Positions 17,915-26,511 of a stretch of DNA of 33,294 nucleotides are shown piece by piece. Below the pieces are notes generated by a model that saw only the letters and a program-made list of their open reading frames with translations, did no database searches and was not told where the DNA came from. Numbering within the stretch: position 1 is the first letter of the stretch; the number at the start of each line of letters is the position of its first letter. The position numbers and the translations under genes were made by a program. Where the stretch lies: the sequence record DRR378314_2199; one strand, given 5' to 3'.

Positions 17915-17943
17915 ATATTGCTCATTATTTTGAGCAATGTTAA
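17915..17943 (-). promoter_or_regulatory. Candidate gabT promoter with a PuuR-type operator in the spacer
   Basis: Palindrome ATTGCTCA-N6-TGAGCAAT (17917-17938) inside minus-strand TTAACA-N17-CAATAT. Confidence 0.6.
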
Positions 17944-17992
17944 CCTTTTTCTTGAGCGAAAATTTGAGTAACCAGCATCTTGGGCCAAAAAT

Positions 17993-18592
17993 ATGAATGA
18001 TAGCGGCAAGATTGAAGAAGAGTTCGATGTAGGGCTGCGTTTACGTGAAATACGCTTACAATATGGGCTTTCGCAACGCCAACTTGCTGATAAGGCCGGG
18101 GTTCCACATGGGCAAATCTCAATGATTGAGACAAATAAGAGCAGCCCCTCTGTTGCATCATTGCGCAAGATATTGGGTGGATTCGGCATTAATATGTCAG
18201 AGTTTTTTGAGCCTGATGTGATCGAACAGACTCAGGTGTTTTTCACGCCGGGGGATCTGAGAGATCTCACATCCCAGCTGTACCAAGGTCAGGACGCCAA
18301 GCGGACGATGCTGACCTTGAAGCAAGTCGGCGATGCCAAAACACATGGTCTGCAAATTTTGCATGAACGCTATGAGGCCGGTGCCGACACCGGTGATGAT
18401 CTGATCGAACATGAAGCGAGCGAAGGTGGCATTGTTATTGCGGGAGAGCTGGAAGTGACTGTCGGCAATGAAGTGCGCGTTTTGAAAGCCGGCGACGCCT
18501 ATCTGTTCAACAGCCGCCAACCGCATCGTTTTCGCAATATCTCTGATCGTGCCGCTGAAGTTGTTTCAGCGTGTACGCCACCTTATTTGTAG
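17993..18592 (+). CDS. puuR: XRE-cupin transcriptional regulator, PuuR-like
   Basis: GLSQRQLADKAGVPHGQISMIETNKSSPSVASLRKIL, MSEFF, cupin GADTG...HEASEGG...GDAYLFNSRQPHRFRN, SACTPP; divergent from gabT. Confidence 0.85.
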   Translation: MNDSGKIEEEFDVGLRLREIRLQYGLSQRQLADKAGVPHGQISMIETNKSSPSVASLRKILGGFGINMSEFFEPDVIEQTQVFFTPGDLRDLTSQLYQGQDAKRTMLTLKQVGDAKTHGLQILHERYEAGADTGDDLIEHEASEGGIVIAGELEVTVGNEVRVLKAGDAYLFNSRQPHRFRNISDRAAEVVSACTPPYL

Positions 18593-18601
18593 GAAGTATA
18601 T

Positions 18602-19696
18602 ATGTCCCCTCTTGAAGGTCTGAAAGTCGTTGAGCTTGCCCGTATCCTGGCAGGGCCTTGGATAGGTCAAACGCTCGCCGATCTTGGTGCTGAGGTGACC
18701 AAGGTTGAAAGCCCTGATGGCGATGACACCCGCACTTGGGGCCCTCCGTTCATCGAGCGGGAGGGCGATAAGAGTGCTGCATATTTCTACAGTGCCAATC
18801 GTGGTAAAAAGAGCCTGCGGGCAGATCTGAAATCCCCCGATGACGTGCAGAAGGTATTGGATCTGATCAAGGACGCCGATATTTTCATCGAGAATTTCAA
18901 GGTCGGGGGACTTGCAAAGTTCGGGTTGGATTACGGCAGCCTGAAAGCCGTGAACCCGGGATTGATCTATTGCTCTGTCACCGGATTTGGCCAGACGGGC
19001 CCGCTTGCCAACCTGCCGGGGTATGATTTCCTGTTGCAGGGCATGTCCGGTCTGATGTCAGTTACCGGAGAGCCCGAGGGCACGCCGCAAAAAGTGGGCG
19101 TGGCGGTTACCGATGTTGTTACCGGTCTTTATGGCACAATCGGGATAATGGCGGCGGTGCAGCAGCGCCATGCGACGGGCAGGGGGCAGCACATTGATAT
19201 GTCCCTGCTTGATTGTGCGACGGCACTTCTTGCCAATCAAAACATGAATTTTCTTGCGTCTGGCACTTCGCCGACCCGCATGGGAAACGCGCATCCGAAT
19301 ATCTGTCCTTATGATGTCTTCGATACGAAGGATGGGCATGTAATTCTGGCGGTTGGAAACAATGGGCAGTTCCAACGGTGCTGCATGGTTCTGGGACTTG
19401 CAGATGTGGCCGAAGATCCACGATTTCTAACCAATCAACTTCGGGTCGATAACCGAAACGACTTGGTGAAAATCCTGACGGCTGCAACGAAGCAATGGCA
19501 CCGCGCGGAGTTTTTGGAGGCGATGTCGGTGAACAATGTGCCCGCGGGACCGATTAATACGATAGGTGAAAACCTCGAGAGCGCCCATTCACAGGCGCGC
19601 GGGCTTGTTGTGGCACCACAAGGCGTCAAGGGTATCCGCACACCAATCGTGTTTTCCGATGCAGAGTTGGCGATCAACCTAACGGCACCAAGCTGA
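18602..19696 (+). CDS. Class III (CaiB/BaiF) CoA-transferase, succinyl-CoA:glutarate CoA-transferase-like
   Basis: LEGLKVVELARILAGPW, LADLGAEV, GDDTRTWGPPF, NRGKKS, ENFKVG, YCSVTGFGQTGP, catalytic Asp region KVGVAVTDVVTG. Confidence 0.9.
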   Translation: MSPLEGLKVVELARILAGPWIGQTLADLGAEVTKVESPDGDDTRTWGPPFIEREGDKSAAYFYSANRGKKSLRADLKSPDDVQKVLDLIKDADIFIENFKVGGLAKFGLDYGSLKAVNPGLIYCSVTGFGQTGPLANLPGYDFLLQGMSGLMSVTGEPEGTPQKVGVAVTDVVTGLYGTIGIMAAVQQRHATGRGQHIDMSLLDCATALLANQNMNFLASGTSPTRMGNAHPNICPYDVFDTKDGHVILAVGNNGQFQRCCMVLGLADVAEDPRFLTNQLRVDNRNDLVKILTAATKQWHRAEFLEAMSVNNVPAGPINTIGENLESAHSQARGLVVAPQGVKGIRTPIVFSDAELAINLTAPS

Positions 19697-19764
19697 CCGT
19701 TGCAAAAGGGCAGGGTGCGGGGCCGAAGCTCCGCTCCCCCCAGCGGTAAACCAGCCGAGGTATC

Positions 19765-19797
19765 AAATAATGAGGTGCCCCGTTGTCGGAGCACCTC
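19765..19797 (-). terminator. Probable terminator of the hyu-Liv operon
   Basis: Minus strand gaggtgctccg-acaa-cggggcacctc followed by attattt, 22 bp after the SBP stop. Confidence 0.55.
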
Positions 19798-19819
19798 GCG
19801 TTCGATTTGTGCTGTTGGA

Positions 19820-20989
19820 TTACTTCAGCAACACGTCCAGAGGAACTGGCTCGCTGATGGTGAAGCTGCCGATCACACCGGGTGTGCCGTTGGTGATCTC
19901 CACGATCTGCATTTCAGCCGTATTCTGGTGGTGAATCTGGTCTGAAAAGCTGCGCGGTCCAAAGACTGTTGGCTCATTTTGCATATTTTCCAGCTCGGCA
20001 GTGACCGCAGATGCTTCAACCGTGCCAGCACGTTCAACAGCTTTAGCCCAAAGGTCGATCAGCAGATAGCCGGGATAGGCATATGTGCTGGACGGTCCGG
20101 CACCGGTTGCCGCTTCGAATGCATCGCGAAATTCATTCACGGCCGGGCGGGTATCATCACCATAGATGGAGCCCTGCACGGGGACGATGAAATTGGACAG
20201 ATCGGGTGCCGCATCTAACCAATAAGAGCCATCCACAGCAGAGCCGTTAAGGATGGTCGAGTTGATCCCAGCCGCCCGGATTTGCCGCACAGCCGAGGCC
20301 GCACCGGGGATGTAGGAACATAGCATTATCACATCAGGTTCTTCGGCGAGGCTTTTGATACGAGTGATCTGGCTTGCGATGGAGGCGTCCCCATTCAGGA
20401 ATGTGTCACGGCCAACAATTTCTCCGCCCGCTTTGGGGAACATCCAGTCAAAGCCTGTGCAGATGCCTTTGTCATACTCAATGGTTGTATCAAGAAGAAC
20501 ATACCCAGTCTTGGCATCACGTTCCTGTGCCGACCATTCGGCAACTGTCGCCCCTTGAACGGCGGCAAGAACCGAGGCTGAAAAGCTGTTGGGCCCGACG
20601 CCCTGAATGCCGGCCTTGATGTCTTCCGCACATAGGAAGAAGGAGTTCAGCCCGGCCCCTTCAGCGGCCAATGCGGCCGGTGCGCCAAAATCATAGTCGC
20701 AGGACACGATCATCATATCGGCGCCTTCGTCAACCAACTGAAGTCCGGCGCTGGCCGATTGGGCCTGATCGCTTTTGGTGTCTGCCTCGATCCATTTTAG
20801 TTGTTTGCCCAGCAGACCGCCATTTGCATTGATTTCGTCGATGCGGATACGTGCCGCCGCGACGGCGGGCGCATCATAGGCTTCGACCCAACCGGATTTT
20901 GCAATTGCAAAACCGATTGTAATGTCCTCTGCCATGGCCGTTGTCGCAAGGCCTAGCGTGATTGTGGTTGCAGTTAGAAAGTGCTTCAT
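19820..20989 (-). CDS. Liv/HAAT-type ABC transporter substrate-binding protein
   Basis: Signal peptide, ITIGFAIAKSG, IDEINANGGLLGKQL, D-T-K-S-D; last gene of a livGFHM-like operon. Confidence 0.9.
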   Translation of the reverse strand: MKHFLTATTITLGLATTAMAEDITIGFAIAKSGWVEAYDAPAVAAARIRIDEINANGGLLGKQLKWIEADTKSDQAQSASAGLQLVDEGADMMIVSCDYDFGAPAALAAEGAGLNSFFLCAEDIKAGIQGVGPNSFSASVLAAVQGATVAEWSAQERDAKTGYVLLDTTIEYDKGICTGFDWMFPKAGGEIVGRDTFLNGDASIASQITRIKSLAEEPDVIMLCSYIPGAASAVRQIRAAGINSTILNGSAVDGSYWLDAAPDLSNFIVPVQGSIYGDDTRPAVNEFRDAFEAATGAGPSSTYAYPGYLLIDLWAKAVERAGTVEASAVTAELENMQNEPTVFGPRSFSDQIHHQNTAEMQIVEITNGTPGVIGSFTISEPVPLDVLLK

Positions 20990-21030
20990 TTGTCGTCTCC
21001 CGTTAGGTGTCGATGTTATTGTTTCTCCGG

Positions 21031-22059
21031 TCAGCGGCCACCGAAACGCAGACGGAGTTCACGCCCACCGGTGATCCCGGCAGGACGTAGAATGAGAACC
21101 AGGATCATGATGACCCCAATGATGATTTCCTGAGCGCCCGTAGGCAGAGCATATGTCGTTTCGCCAATGGCTAACCCGCGTTCCATACGGACAAGCGCCT
21201 CGATAATGATCGACAGAACAAGCACACCCATGACGGCCCCTGTCAGGCTGCCAATCCCGCCCACGACAAGCATCGCCAGCGTGATGAATGTCAGGCCAAG
21301 ATAGAAACTGCTGGGGTTTAACACACCGAGGGAATGGCCAAACAATGCACCGGAAACACCGGCGAAAAATGCAGACACAATCAGGGCGATCAAACGGTGA
21401 CGGTACATATTGATGCCGCTTGCGTCGGCCGCAACCTCATCTTCGCGGCTTGCACGCAGGGCGAGGCCGGAGGCCGAATTGGCATACCATGTAGCGGCCA
21501 GTATGGTGGCACCGGCCCAACCTAATGTGATCCATTGATCTGCATATCGTGTCAGACCGACAACAGATGATGTGGCCCCCGTCACGCCTTCCCAGCTGGA
21601 ATAGACAGTGTAAATGATTGCAAGAAACGCAAATGTTGCGATTGAAGCGGCAATGCCAGACAGCCGCAGGATCGCCGCGCCGGAAACCAAGGCGACACAG
21701 GCCGCAAGCAGACCTGATACAATTGCCGCCGGAAAGACAGGCCATTCGGCAGTTGCCAAAAACGGCCAGAGGTCAGGCAGGAACATGCCCTTCATCTGCG
21801 GTCTAAGTGTCAACCAGGCAGAGCAATAGGCTCCGATTGCCATATATCCAGCATGGCCAAAGCTGACGATGCCGGAATTGCCGACGAAAATCCACAAACC
21901 CACCACAAAGGTGACGCGGATCAGGGTTTGTGCGGCCATACGTGCAAGTGAATTGTCACCCAGAAACGTGACCAGCAGTGTGAAGAGCACCAGGATGCCG
22001 ATCAACAGTAACGGAGTTGACCACGCGCTGAGACGTTTTTGCTTATGTGTCTGTGCCAT
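21031..22059 (-). CDS. Liv-type ABC transporter permease (LivM-like)
   Basis: GIVSFGHAGYMAIGAY, LRLSG, GLALRASREDEVAA, VVGGIGSLTGA, RPAGI. Confidence 0.92.
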   Translation of the reverse strand: MAQTHKQKRLSAWSTPLLLIGILVLFTLLVTFLGDNSLARMAAQTLIRVTFVVGLWIFVGNSGIVSFGHAGYMAIGAYCSAWLTLRPQMKGMFLPDLWPFLATAEWPVFPAAIVSGLLAACVALVSGAAILRLSGIAASIATFAFLAIIYTVYSSWEGVTGATSSVVGLTRYADQWITLGWAGATILAATWYANSASGLALRASREDEVAADASGINMYRHRLIALIVSAFFAGVSGALFGHSLGVLNPSSFYLGLTFITLAMLVVGGIGSLTGAVMGVLVLSIIIEALVRMERGLAIGETTYALPTGAQEIIIGVIMILVLILRPAGITGGRELRLRFGGR

Positions 22060-22062
22060 GCT

Positions 22063-22977
22063 TTACACCCTCGGCTTTGTGGATTTGGGGGCGAACAAGC
22101 CGTTGGGCCGCAGCAACAGGCTGATGATGACCAGCGTATAGAGGAATGCATCGCGAAATGGTCGCACCTCAAGCGGCAGGAACCCCTGTAAAATGACCGA
22201 GACCGCACCAATCAAGAACCCCGCAGCAACCGCGCCCGGCAGGCTGCCCAAGCCGCCGATTACCGTTGCAATAAACGCCACCAGCATGATTTGTCCGCCC
22301 ATCCTGATGTCGGCAACGCCGGTCTGGGTGACCATGATCAGGGCCACCGCAGCCGCCAATGCGCCCGATAGGGCAAACGCCCCGGTGATGACTGCATTCG
22401 CCCGAACGCCCAGCAGGCGTGCCATGGTGAAATTCTCGGCTGCGGCCCGCATCTCAAGCCCGATCCTTGTGCGTTTGAGCAGGAGCGCCAGCGTTACAAC
22501 AACCAGCAAGGTGGTCAGAATGACGATGATCTGCAACAGCGGGATGGACGCACCGGCGACGCTCACCGGTTGGTTCAGTTCTGGCCAAAGACTGATCGCT
22601 TTGGGGCGGCTACTGTAGATCAGCAATAGTGTGTTCTGGATCACGAAACCCAAGGCAAACGAAGAGATCATCATCGCTACCGGCGTGGCGTTGCGCATGT
22701 GCCGGAAGACAAAAAACTCTGATGCAACGGCAATTGCAGCCCCGATCAGCAGCAGAACCGGGATCAGGATAATTGCCGGCGCCTTGCCCAGAAACATGAC
22801 AGCAACCGCGTCGGTAGACGGCACGATCAGGGCAAAGACGCAAAAGGCGATGTATTCCCCATGGGCAAAATTCACCAGCTTCATCACTCCAAAGATTAGG
22901 GCGATCCCCAGGGCGGCCATGGCATAGATCCCGCCAAGGCTCAGAGCATCGAAAAGGAGTTGTGGAATGGCGTTCAT
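22063..22977 (-). CDS. Liv-type ABC transporter permease (LivH-like)
   Basis: GGIYAMAALGIALIFGVMKLVNFAHGE, TRIGLEMRAAAEN, VIGGLGSLPGA, RPNGLF. Confidence 0.92.
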   Translation of the reverse strand: MNAIPQLLFDALSLGGIYAMAALGIALIFGVMKLVNFAHGEYIAFCVFALIVPSTDAVAVMFLGKAPAIILIPVLLLIGAAIAVASEFFVFRHMRNATPVAMMISSFALGFVIQNTLLLIYSSRPKAISLWPELNQPVSVAGASIPLLQIIVILTTLLVVVTLALLLKRTRIGLEMRAAAENFTMARLLGVRANAVITGAFALSGALAAAVALIMVTQTGVADIRMGGQIMLVAFIATVIGGLGSLPGAVAAGFLIGAVSVILQGFLPLEVRPFRDAFLYTLVIISLLLRPNGLFAPKSTKPRV

Positions 22978-23708
22978 ATCGCATCCTCCGACTGGTCTTG
23001 TCCGAAATATGCTTCCTTGAGCAGGTCGCTTTCAGCGAACTTCGCGGCATCTCCGTCTCCCACCACTGCGCCGCCACGCAACAGCAACATACGCCCGCCG
23101 ACACGTGCCGCACGGGCCGAGCTTTGCTCGACGATGATCAGGGTGAGGCTGCGGTCATTTTGCAGATTGACCAATGTCTCATAGACTTGGTCGACGATGT
23201 TGGGGGCCAATCCCAAGGATGGTTCATCCACCAGCATCAGTTTGGGGTTGGTCATCAACCCGCGCCCGATGGCTAACATTTGTTGTTGTCCGCCCGACAG
23301 TGCGCCCGCATTTGCGTTTCGCCGTTCTTTGAGGATGGGGAAGCTTTGGTAAATCTCTTCAATGTCCGTTTCAATGACGGCCTTGTCGCGGCGTATGCCT
23401 GTACCGACGCGCAGGTTCTCTTCCACCGTGAGGGTCCCAAAAATTTCGCGCCCCTCGGGCACCATCGTCAGGCCCAGACGGGCAATCGCCTCGGGGGTGC
23501 GGCCGTTCAACACAACACCATCCACTTCGATCCGCCCATGGGCCGTAGCGACGGCACCACAAATCGCCTTCAGCAAAGAGGATTTTCCGGCACCGTTCGG
23601 GCCGGAAATGAACAACCGCTCTCCTTCTTCAACGGTAAAGGTGACATCGGAAAGTGCGGGGACTTTCCCATAACGGACGGCAACATCGAATATGCCCAGT
23701 TTAGACAT
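22974..23708 (-). CDS. Liv-type ABC transporter ATP-binding protein (LivF-like)
   Basis: GPNGAGKS, VPEGREIF, LSGGQQQMLAIGR, DEPSLGLAP; TGATG coupling to the livG-like gene. Confidence 0.93.
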   Translation of the reverse strand: MSKLGIFDVAVRYGKVPALSDVTFTVEEGERLFISGPNGAGKSSLLKAICGAVATAHGRIEVDGVVLNGRTPEAIARLGLTMVPEGREIFGTLTVEENLRVGTGIRRDKAVIETDIEEIYQSFPILKERRNANAGALSGGQQQMLAIGRGLMTNPKLMLVDEPSLGLAPNIVDQVYETLVNLQNDRSLTLIIVEQSSARAARVGGRMLLLRGGAVVGDGDAAKFAESDLLKEAYFGQDQSEDAI

Positions 23709-24448
23709 CACGCATCCCCCATGTTTTCCGGCTTGTGTTCGGCCCCAAGGTAAGCCTCGCGCACCGCTGTACTGCCAAGGATTGCGGCCTTGTCGCCCTC
23801 TTCAATGATCTTGCCTGCATCCAGCACATACACGTGTTTTGAAAGCGACAGGACCAGTCCGACATTGTGTTCAATCAGCAAGACGCCGCAGGCAAGCTCT
23901 TCTGCGATGCGTTTGATGATCTGGGCCAGATCATCGGCCTCGGTCTCGGACATGCCGGCAGCGGGTTCATCCAGCAGCAGGAAATCAGGCGCGAACATAA
24001 GCGCGCGGGCAATGCCAACGCGGCGCTCGTCAGTATAGGGCAGCCCGGCGGCGGGCAGCTCTGCCAGATGTTCCGCGCCCATCCACGTCAGCAGGCGCAG
24101 GGCTTCCTCCTCGGAACGGTGACGCGAATGGCCCAAGCCCACGCCAGTCACGGCTAGATTGTCCAAAACATCAAGCCCAGTAAACAACCGCCCCGCCTGA
24201 AAGGTGCGGGCAAGGCCGCGGCGGCGAATGTCAAACGGAGCTTTGGTGTTGATGTTCTGACCGTCTAACAGGACGGTGCCAGATGTCGGATCCTGAAAAC
24301 CGGTAATGATATTTATACAGGTTGTTTTACCGGCACCATTGGGGCCGATCAGCCCGACGATCTCTGCCTTGTTGAGGGATATCGTCACGTCATCCAGCGC
24401 CTTGAAGCCGCCAAATGCAACACTGATTGAGCTTAACTCTAGTGACAA
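23708..24448 (-). CDS. Liv-type ABC transporter ATP-binding protein (LivG-like)
   Basis: VAFGGFKAL, GLIGPNGAGKTT, ARTFQ, LLLDEPAAGM, IEHNV, VREAYLG; probable TTG start at 24448 after AAGGG. Confidence 0.92.
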   Translation of the reverse strand: MSLELSSISVAFGGFKALDDVTISLNKAEIVGLIGPNGAGKTTCINIITGFQDPTSGTVLLDGQNINTKAPFDIRRRGLARTFQAGRLFTGLDVLDNLAVTGVGLGHSRHRSEEEALRLLTWMGAEHLAELPAAGLPYTDERRVGIARALMFAPDFLLLDEPAAGMSETEADDLAQIIKRIAEELACGVLLIEHNVGLVLSLSKHVYVLDAGKIIEEGDKAAILGSTAVREAYLGAEHKPENMGDA

Positions 24449-24550
24449 AATTTTACCCTTTTGTTCGTTCGGCCAAACCCGCGTCGTTTTGCAGGCTCCA
24501 TGCGGTGCTCGCACCCGCCAAAGACGGGTGCTTGCGGTTTTCAGATGGCG

Positions 24551-26506
24551 TTAAGACCAATGCGCAATGCTGCGCCGCTCAAAACTTTCGCGGAACTGTT
24601 CGATGGTCTTGGGCAGCGGATCACCGGTTTCCCAGTCGAGGATCACAGCATATCTGCGCACGGCATCCATCGAGTTGATCTCGCCCTTGCGGTACATTTC
24701 CGCGACCTCATCAAGGTCCGAACGTGCCCATGCGACCCGGTTTGCGCGGATATGTGCACGCAACTTTTCTGTCTCGGTCTCATCGACCTCGTATTCGCAC
24801 AGATCCGCGTCAATCTCCTTGATCACCACACCGTAGTCCAACGCCGCGCGCTCGACAGAGACGTATTCATCCACGACATCCATGAGGACCGCTTGGGTTG
24901 TCCTTTCCATCGGATCGCCAAAGCCGCCGCCACCGGCTGTAGGGCGGGCAAATACGTCTCCTGTGTACATCGGGAAATCAGAGAAGACCGACCCAAGCCA
25001 TTCGGATGTGTCCGAACCTGCGCGTTTGATCGTCAAACCGTGCGGCATCGATGGCAAGCCACCATCGACACCCCAAACAACAGCGCGTTCACGGTCGCAG
25101 ACATAGGACATGACGGATTTTTCGCTTTCCAGCAAAAGCGAGGTTTTCTGCACTCCTGCGCCGCCACGCCATTTCCCCGGACCGGCACTGTCTTGTTTGA
25201 TCTGGAACTCCAGCGTGCGGGTCGGATTCACCCTTTCGTTGCCCTCGTTCGGCTGTGACATGAGGCCAGTGCCGAAACACGCCGTGGTGACATCACTGCC
25301 GTCCTTGCCGCGACGACCGCCCCAACCCCCCGGCAGCCATTCGTAGAACATGAAAGTTGCATCTTCATCTCTGCGTTTGTCCGTGCCACCTGCCAACAGG
25401 TATTCGAGGTTGAAAGCACAAGCGATTGCCCGCTCTGGGATGATCTGGGACCACATTTCAAAGACGGAGTTCATGATCTTTTCAAACGGCATCAGGAAAC
25501 CGGTGACGGCAACGGGCCATTGCGCGCTGACAACCGAGTTTTCCGGCGCTTCAACCGAGATCATGCGATAGAAACCACTGTTCAGCGGCAGATCAGGGAA
25601 GAAGGTTTTCATTCCCGCCACCACAGCCGAGAATGTTGCACCCGGTGCAGAATTATACATCGAGCCGATCGTCGGGTGACTACCGTCAAAGTCGTAATGG
25701 ATCTGATCACCTTTGATCGTCATCTTGATGTGGATCGGGATCATGCCTTCACCACCCGAAGGATCACGGTCAATATAGTCAACAGATTCCCAGGTCCCAT
25801 CCGGCAGGGCAGCGATACGCTGGCGCACGGCGCGTTCTACATAATCCTGTACCTCATTCATCCCCTGGGTCACCTGATCGCGACCGTATTTGCGCACCAG
25901 ACGCAGGATCTCTCGTTCAGCGACCTGTGTGGCTTGCGCTTGTGAATGGATGTCGCCAATGATCGACGCGGGATCACGTGTATTGGCCGCAATCAGGTTC
26001 GCCACGTCCTCGCAGAAATCGCCAGCGCGGAACAGACGAACCGGCGTGATGCGGACCGCCTCGCGGAACATTTCTTTTGCGGTTACATCAAATGAGCCGG
26101 GAACAGAGCCACCCAAATCGGACCAATGGCCGTTGGATTGTGAAAAGCCGATCAGCTCATCCTCGTCGAAAATGGGCCGTACCAAACGTACGTCACTGAA
26201 ATGCGTACCACCCGCGTAGGGGTCGTTGATCGCATAGACATCGCCGGGCATCATATCGCCCTTGAAGGCGCGGATAACATCCTTGCATGTAAAGTGAAGC
26301 GTGCCCACGTGAACAGCGATGTCGTCATTGCCTTGCGCAACCGAGTTTCCTGCGGCGTCATGCAGCGCGTTGGAAAAGTCGCGGTTGTAGATAACAAAGG
26401 AATAACAGGTGCGCAGCATCTGCTCTGCCATCTGGTCAACCGAGGTGATGAAGGAATTCTTCAGAACTTCGAACGTGACGGGATCAAGGGGTTTGGTGTC
26501 AGTCAT
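24551..26506 (-). CDS. hyuB: Hydantoinase B/oxoprolinase family subunit (ATP-dependent cyclic amidohydrolase, catalytic subunit)
   Basis: LDPVTFEVLKN, RDFS, AVHVG, NDPYAGGTHFSD, GHWSDLGGSVPGS, DSAGPGKWRGG, TAGGGGFGDP. Confidence 0.92.
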   Translation of the reverse strand: MTDTKPLDPVTFEVLKNSFITSVDQMAEQMLRTCYSFVIYNRDFSNALHDAAGNSVAQGNDDIAVHVGTLHFTCKDVIRAFKGDMMPGDVYAINDPYAGGTHFSDVRLVRPIFDEDELIGFSQSNGHWSDLGGSVPGSFDVTAKEMFREAVRITPVRLFRAGDFCEDVANLIAANTRDPASIIGDIHSQAQATQVAEREILRLVRKYGRDQVTQGMNEVQDYVERAVRQRIAALPDGTWESVDYIDRDPSGGEGMIPIHIKMTIKGDQIHYDFDGSHPTIGSMYNSAPGATFSAVVAGMKTFFPDLPLNSGFYRMISVEAPENSVVSAQWPVAVTGFLMPFEKIMNSVFEMWSQIIPERAIACAFNLEYLLAGGTDKRRDEDATFMFYEWLPGGWGGRRGKDGSDVTTACFGTGLMSQPNEGNERVNPTRTLEFQIKQDSAGPGKWRGGAGVQKTSLLLESEKSVMSYVCDRERAVVWGVDGGLPSMPHGLTIKRAGSDTSEWLGSVFSDFPMYTGDVFARPTAGGGGFGDPMERTTQAVLMDVVDEYVSVERAALDYGVVIKEIDADLCEYEVDETETEKLRAHIRANRVAWARSDLDEVAEMYRKGEINSMDAVRRYAVILDWETGDPLPKTIEQFRESFERRSIAHWS

Positions 26507-26511
26507 GTTTG

